Shown: piece after piece, positions 59,605 to 64,000 of the stretch
Layout: the number at the start of each line of letters is the position of its first letter
Position numbering within the stretch: the stretch's first letter is position 1
DNA from: a virus
Length of the DNA stretch: 64,000 bases
Reading direction: 5' to 3' (one strand)
IMG/VR virus record: IMGVR_UViG_3300042503_000983
Span: 1-64,000 of that record
Translations under genes and position numbers: made by a program
The notes under the pieces: model-generated
What the model was told of the DNA's origin: nothing
What the model saw: the letters and a program-made list of their open reading frames with translations, nothing else
Database searches by the model: none

Positions 59605-59661
59605 AGTATATGTTTGTCAGTTGCATATACTCCCACATGTTAGATGGCATGGCAAACTGAC
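59605..59661 (+). ncRNA. Pseudoknot-like element between two tRNAs
   Basis: AGTATATG/CATATACT stem; loop GTCAGTT can pair with AACTGAC at 59655-59661. Confidence 0.5.
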
Positions 59662-59664
59662 TTC

Positions 59665-59737
59665 CCCCGATTAGCTCAGTGGATAGAGCGATAGGTTTCT
59701 ACCCTACAGGTCAGGAGTTCGAATCTCTTATCGGGGA
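59665..59737 (+). tRNA. tRNA-Arg(TCT)
   Basis: Acceptor CCCCGAT/ATCGGGG; anticodon loop TTTCTAC; GTTCGAATC; no encoded CCA. Confidence 0.92.
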
Positions 59738-59766
59738 CTCAAAAATAGATATATAATAGAATTACT

Positions 59767-60165
59767 ATGTATGAATATCGTGTTAAAAAAGTATTAAAAA
59801 TAGTTGATGGTGATACCATTGATGTTGATATTGATCTTGGTTTTAGTGTATCTTTTACTCAAAGAGTAAGGCTTGCTGGTATTGATACCCCTGAATCTAG
59901 AACAACTGATCTTAAAGAAAAGGCACTTGGTTTAGAAGTAAAAGAATATCTAAAGAATCTATTAGATGGTGCTGAAGACATTGTTATTCAAACAGAGAAG
60001 CCAGATAGTTCTGAAAAATATGGTCGTATTTTAGGATGGCTATTTATTAATGATGAAGATATTTCTCTTAATGAAAAGATGATTTCTGAAGGCTATGCCT
60101 GGGAATATGATGGGGGAACAAAGAAGAAAGACTTTGATTCCCTACTTGCTAAAAGATCCAAATAA
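59767..60165 (+). CDS. Thermonuclease (SNase-like)
   Basis: VDGDTI, VRLAGIDTPE, KYGRILG. Confidence 0.92.
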   Translation: MYEYRVKKVLKIVDGDTIDVDIDLGFSVSFTQRVRLAGIDTPESRTTDLKEKALGLEVKEYLKNLLDGAEDIVIQTEKPDSSEKYGRILGWLFINDEDISLNEKMISEGYAWEYDGGTKKKDFDSLLAKRSK

Positions 60166-60215
60166 TGCTATACTAATTATTCGGAGGCAGACGCTCGTTT
60201 ATAAGAAAGAATACA

Positions 60216-60374
60216 ATGTTTGAAAAACTAATAGAATATAAAGAAATGCGAGAAGCGATCCATCGTGTTCGTGAGTTAGCAAAGAAGTTTGAAAGCGAAT
60301 CAGCAGAAGAAAAGGTTTCCTATAATTTAATTGCTGATCGTATCTATACAGCATTAGGACAGGGAAATAAATGA
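60216..60374 (+). CDS. Hypothetical protein (52 aa)
   Basis: Downstream of TG-C-TATACT; ATGA overlap with the next ORF. Confidence 0.55.
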   Translation: MFEKLIEYKEMREAIHRVRELAKKFESESAEEKVSYNLIADRIYTALGQGNK

Positions 60375-60526
60375 AACTATATAATAAACTAAACAATGCA
60401 TACTACTATGGCTTGGTCCATGCATATAAGCTAATGTCTAAATTTAAGCATACCTGCTCGTTCAGAGTAGGGGATGGCATTGATGGAAAGTGCAAATGTG
60501 GAATATCATTCAGGGAATCAGTTTGA
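60371..60526 (+). CDS. Hypothetical protein (51 aa, HxC...CxC)
   Basis: Coupled to the previous ORF. Confidence 0.45.
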   Translation: MKLYNKLNNAYYYGLVHAYKLMSKFKHTCSFRVGDGIDGKCKCGISFRESV

Positions 60527-60748
60527 AATTCTCACACTCAATAGCTGAAATGCTAATCCTATTCTTTGTGGCATTAAATTGCTATGTAAATGTAAAGAGA
60601 TATTCCTGGGATAAGAAGAAAAAAATTTCCTATATAAATTCTATTGGCAGCGATTACGATAAATAAAACTAATAGATAAGATATAATATAACTAATGCTC
60701 ATTATAATAATGGGTAAATTCAATTAATTAAAATGAGGTATAACAAGT

Positions 60749-61483
60749 ATGAGCAATAAAAGAGTAGATAGGCTAGAGGTTGGTGTAGAATTACCAAAAG
60801 CACCAAACAATGAAGTAGTTTGGATTGATACAGAAGAGAATACAATTAATAGATACAATGAGTCAAATGATTCTTGGGTGTCTGTAGGTGGCTCAGGTGG
60901 GGCAGCAGACACTGGAGATATTACATTTGATGGTGTTAAAATTGTTGGTGCTGGTACAGCATCAGGCGATGGTGCTAACTTGGGAACTATTGAGCTTGTT
61001 CCAGACGGAAGCCTTACCTCAGACCAGTATCTAATTATTGACCCTACTGCACCCAACCACATTCACATTCGTGCTGGTGGAGAACAGGATGCTTCAACTG
61101 CAGATTTAATTATTGGTGCAGAAAACACCAATGTTCTTGTTTCTGACACTGGAGATTATGTAGATATTAGAACTACTTCAGATGATTTAAATACATACAT
61201 ATGGCGTTTTACTTCAGATGGATATCTAAGTGGACCTGCAATGGGTGGACTATTTGTTTCAGGTATCCTAAATGGAGATAATGATCTTTGGCTATCATCA
61301 GGTTCTAATGTTGTTATCAGCAGTGGTGAGGGTATGGGGGTATTCTTAGAAAATCAAGATGTTCCAGATAATCAAATTGCAACTATTGGAGACCTTCCAA
61401 CTGGGGCTACAGGATCATTTACAACTGCTTCACACACAGTGACTGTAACTAATGGAATCATTACAGATATTACAGCACTATAA
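60749..61483 (+). CDS. Fibre/virion-like beta-rich protein outside the structural module
   Basis: WIDT...WVSVGG, DPTAPNHIHIRAGG, C-terminal TVTVTNGIIT. Confidence 0.6.
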   Translation: MSNKRVDRLEVGVELPKAPNNEVVWIDTEENTINRYNESNDSWVSVGGSGGAADTGDITFDGVKIVGAGTASGDGANLGTIELVPDGSLTSDQYLIIDPTAPNHIHIRAGGEQDASTADLIIGAENTNVLVSDTGDYVDIRTTSDDLNTYIWRFTSDGYLSGPAMGGLFVSGILNGDNDLWLSSGSNVVISSGEGMGVFLENQDVPDNQIATIGDLPTGATGSFTTASHTVTVTNGIITDITAL

Positions 61484-61573
61484 AAATCGCAAAAAATAAG
61501 TCGAAAAAATCGGCGGAAATTAGTATACATATGCTCAACATGAGCAACTATATGATATAATAAATAAGTCTTG

Positions 61574-61617
61574 TTCTCCCCCTCTGTGTACGATCTACAC
61601 AAGGGGAGAATTTCTTT
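61574..61617 (+). terminator. Terminator-like hairpin in the leader of the PnuC-like gene
   Basis: TTCTCCCC...GGGGAGAA plus TTTCTTT, 12 nt after TGATATAAT. Confidence 0.65.
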
Positions 61618-61631
61618 GTAAAGGAATAATT

Positions 61632-61847
61632 ATGGAATATTGGTCTTGGATATTGGCTGTCATTGGGGTAGCTGGAATCTATTTTGTTGGTAGAAAAACT
61701 ATCTGGGGATGGTTTGTATTGCTATTTAATGAAACTATTTGGATTGCTTATGCTATTGCAACACAGCAATATGGATTCATTGTTTCAGCTATTGCCTATG
61801 GAGCAGTCTATATAAGATCCTATTTGCATTGGAAAGCAGACGTTTAA
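61632..61847 (+). CDS. PnuC-like three-helix membrane protein
   Basis: GRKTIWGW...WIAYAI..QQYG...Y..WK. Confidence 0.65.
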   Translation: MEYWSWILAVIGVAGIYFVGRKTIWGWFVLLFNETIWIAYAIATQQYGFIVSAIAYGAVYIRSYLHWKADV

Positions 61848-62290
61848 TTTTTGCGGGGGAAGTAAATGATATACCCTTATTACCTATATAACAATAACTA
61901 TATATACAACTAATAGACTATATAAACATAATAAATGATGCTTCGCATATGATTATATAAACCAGAAGAAAGTCTCTTAGAATGGCTTATAGAGCCTTTA
62001 AATAGCATAATATAACTATGTCTGGCTAATCTATATGATATATATTGGATTAAAATGGATAGAAATGGAGTATAGTGGAGATATATGGGTGAGGGGGCAT
62101 ACCACATCTTAATCGTAATGTCAAATTTGTATATATGGTGTGTTTATATTCTGGCAAATTCTATATACATTTTAAAAGATAATCATATATTTTGGGCATT
62201 TTTTAAGCCCTTTCGTAATCTTTTTTAAAGATTCTTATATATAGTTATATAGGTAATATTGATGCCAGGAATATTTATCCCCCGCAAAAA
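61848..62290. repeat. AT-rich non-coding block bounded by a 13-bp perfect inverted repeat
   Basis: TTTTTGCGGGGGA (61848-61860) / TCCCCCGCAAAAA (62278-62290). Confidence 0.8.
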
Positions 62291-62319
62291 CTGGGGGCAT
62301 ATTTAGGGGGTTCGTAATC
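62095..62319. repeat. Three bipartite GGGCAT...TCGTAAT motifs at about 100-bp period
   Basis: GGGCAT at 62095, 62194, 62295; TCGTAAT at 62113, 62213, 62312. Confidence 0.8.
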
Positions 62320-62323
62320 CTTT

Positions 62324-62851
62324 TTAAGAATGTAAAATATCTATTGGATAATCACATTGAGGAGAATTCTTTATAGCACTATCTAAAGCTGTCTTTATTT
62401 TCTTTATAGGATCTTTCCAGGTATATGAAGTATCTAATGATCCTATTGCAAAACTATTACCAGATCCAATAGCTGTATATTTATCATATTCATTTACTTG
62501 CCAGTCATTAGTAGATATATTAAATAATCTTCCATGAATTCCCACCAAAAAATCTGCAGCAGCTTTGTCATCATCTGATATATCAATACCATATGGATCT
62601 ATAGCTTTTTTCAGGGTAAGAATAAAATCTGTTCTCATATATTTATCTACATCCTTTTTAACTACATTAGGAAAATCAATATAATGAGCTACTTGTCCAG
62701 ATCCCCTTGAAGAAGCATAACCAATTAAGAATTGTCCATTCTTTTTTATTTTCGGGGTAATAGGAGAAGATATAGAATATTCATCAGACATACCTCTATC
62801 TGATCCCATATAGACAATACCATTATCTATGAGTCCAATTACTATAGTCAT
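62324..62851 (-). CDS. Ntn-hydrolase, HslV/proteasome-beta-like
   Basis: M-T start, GSD, PKI, AIGSG; leaderless (TATAAT 6 nt upstream). Confidence 0.8.
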   Translation of the reverse strand: MTIVIGLIDNGIVYMGSDRGMSDEYSISSPITPKIKKNGQFLIGYASSRGSGQVAHYIDFPNVVKKDVDKYMRTDFILTLKKAIDPYGIDISDDDKAAADFLVGIHGRLFNISTNDWQVNEYDKYTAIGSGNSFAIGSLDTSYTWKDPIKKIKTALDSAIKNSPQCDYPIDILHS

Positions 62852-62959
62852 AATACTATTATACTCTCTCTTCCTTGATTTTAAAAATATTGAAAAATGG
62901 GCGATTTAAAAGGTCGTTCTTAATCTTATTTGACAAAATTAAATTTGTGTGCGCCCACT

Positions 62960-63036
62960 TGGTGGGGTGGGTCAGGCTCGAACTGACGACTACTGAATTA
63001 TGAGTTCAGGGCTCTAACCAACTGAGCTACCACCCC
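62960..63036 (-). tRNA. tRNA with CAT anticodon, probably Ile2 (lysidine) rather than Met
   Basis: GGGGTGG/CCACCCC-A-CCA; CTGAA-CTCATAA-TTCAG; lacks initiator features. Confidence 0.88.
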
Positions 63037-63042
63037 AACAAT

Positions 63043-63150
63043 TTAAAAAATTGCTGATATCAAAATAAAGAATAATAAGATAGACATAAATCCACCAATT
63101 ATTCCAGTTCCAACATTTGTGTATGGTTCTCTGCTATCCCATTTACTCAT
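63043..63150 (-). CDS. Small single-TM protein (35 aa)
   Basis: MSKWDSREPYTNVGTGIIGGFMSILLFFILISAIF; overlaps the upstream stop. Confidence 0.45.
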   Translation of the reverse strand: MSKWDSREPYTNVGTGIIGGFMSILLFFILISAIF

Positions 63151-63439
63151 CTTCTAAGTCTGCTTGATCTTCAAAAGGAACAGCCATTTCAATTAGTTCA
63201 TCAAGGTCTTGGTAGTCATAGTTTGGGTCAGCATTATTTAGAACCGAACAAAGTTCCAACCAGGTCTCATCAATTACTTGTAGACCCTTGTCTGTTAGAA
63301 TAACTAATTCATTTACAATCATTACTGACATTGGTACGCCTAAATCATTGTATGAAAAGAAATCTTCAAAGGCTTCATCACTTCTATACCCATTGATAAA
63401 CTCAAAAATGATTTCTGCTTTTTCTCTTGTGTCTAACAT
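63143..63439 (-). CDS. Acidic hypothetical protein
   Basis: FFSYNDLGVP; TAATG coupling. Confidence 0.7.
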   Translation of the reverse strand: MLDTREKAEIIFEFINGYRSDEAFEDFFSYNDLGVPMSVMIVNELVILTDKGLQVIDETWLELCSVLNNADPNYDYQDLDELIEMAVPFEDQADLEDE

Positions 63440-63654
63440 TATTTTCCTAACTGTTCTTTGCTTAGCCCGATTTCATTGTCAGCAAGTTGTTCATTTATTC
63501 CGTCTGCCAGATTTTTAGCATTTGCAATAACGTGATAGTTTTGCTGTGTGATGTAAAATGGAATGTAGTGTTGCCAATCTACGATTCCGATTCTACTGTC
63601 TGAAAATAGGGCAATCAACTTATCTGCTATTTTCTCGTTTGGTGTTTTTCCCAT
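63439..63654 (-). CDS. Hypothetical protein
   Basis: Upstream TG-A-TAGAAT on the - strand. Confidence 0.65.
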   Translation of the reverse strand: MGKTPNEKIADKLIALFSDSRIGIVDWQHYIPFYITQQNYHVIANAKNLADGINEQLADNEIGLSKEQLGK

Positions 63655-63684
63655 AGTGTTCCCATTCTATCATTGAGGTCTGAC

Positions 63685-63712
63685 AAAAAGGGGCAAGGAC
63701 CTTCCCTGCCCC
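63685..63712 (-). terminator. Intrinsic terminator
   Basis: GGGGCA...TGCCCC stem followed by TTTTT on the - strand. Confidence 0.7.
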
Positions 63713-63725
63713 CTTCCAGCCAGCC

Positions 63726-63887
63726 TTAACGGGACTTTACTACCTTGTTACGGCGTAGTGATGTTAGATTGACGTTGTGGATAAAATGTCCTAGACCGTC
63801 ACGAATTACTACACGTTCTGTGTCTCCCCACTTTTCAAGTGATGTGAAACGTTGCTTCTTCAGAGTACGCATTTGCTCTCTTGTCAT
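63726..63887 (-). CDS. Small basic protein (53 aa, not in ORF track)
   Basis: RBS AAGGAG; MTREQMRTLKKQRF...VVIRDGLGHF; own promoter and terminator. Confidence 0.75.
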   Translation of the reverse strand: MTREQMRTLKKQRFTSLEKWGDTERVVIRDGLGHFIHNVNLTSLRRNKVVKSR

Positions 63888-63917
63888 TGTTCTCTCCTTA
63901 AGAGTTACCTTGTATTT

Positions 63918-63947
63918 ATCTTACCATTTTTTGACAGGGTTGTCAAA
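63918..63947 (-). promoter_or_regulatory. Sigma70-type promoter with overlapping palindrome
   Basis: TTGACA-17-TAAGAT with extended TG; TTTGACA-ACCC-TGTCAAA. Confidence 0.8.
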
Positions 63948-64000
63948 TCTATTCTTCTAATAAGGCTATTACTTCACCGTCTGGAACAAATAAATCTATT

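Noticed and set aside
59601-59664. HDV-like theta ribozyme after tRNA-Asn
   Set aside because: No P3/L3 or P1.1 can be placed between the P2 5' strand and the P1 3' strand; kept only as a generic pseudoknot
61910-62107. 65-aa - strand ORF in the non-coding block, and the + strand ORFs at 63288 and 63745
   Set aside because: The first is low-complexity AT-rich sequence; the others are antisense to better-supported genes
1-64000. Stop-codon reassignment or suppressor tRNA
   Set aside because: Genes are intact under the standard code, all three stops end genes with tight coupling, and no suppressor anticodon is seen

Overview
This window is a 64-kb segment of a large, AT-rich tailed phage (Caudoviricetes, siphovirus-type tail) using the standard genetic code. 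The host is probably an actinobacterium, based on WhiB, an actinobacterial-style FtsZ and SSB, many leaderless genes and an Ile2-type tRNA. The + strand runs in this order: truncated virion gene, portal, protease/scaffold, major capsid, neck, tail tube, frameshifted chaperone, 3135-aa tape measure (TMP) and tail tip (1-28.8 kb); DnaB, primase, SSB, DnaE, RecA, nucleases and a displaced terminase (28.8-43 kb); then an accessory region (NDP-sugar dehydratase, IMPDH, WhiB, HNH, zinc fingers, FtsZ, glycan enzymes, surface and lysis genes, thioredoxin, tRNAs, nuclease). A structured non-coding block at about 61.85-62.3 kb marks the switch to - strand genes. The most notable observations are: (1) a motif-delimited cargo cassette inside the TMP with a HipA/PI3K-like kinase-fold domain; (2) a 74-aa module shared by the TMP and the tail-tip protein; (3) a tail-less phage FtsZ heading a glycan-enzyme operon; (4) a multi-domain protein punctuated by the same [ILVM]-x-K-[SA] motif as the scaffold and capsid; (5) a small family of covarying intergenic H-type pseudoknots; (6) 100-bp-phased bipartite repeats and a 13-bp inverted repeat at the strand switch. 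All assignments come from reading motifs by eye; no database searches were run.
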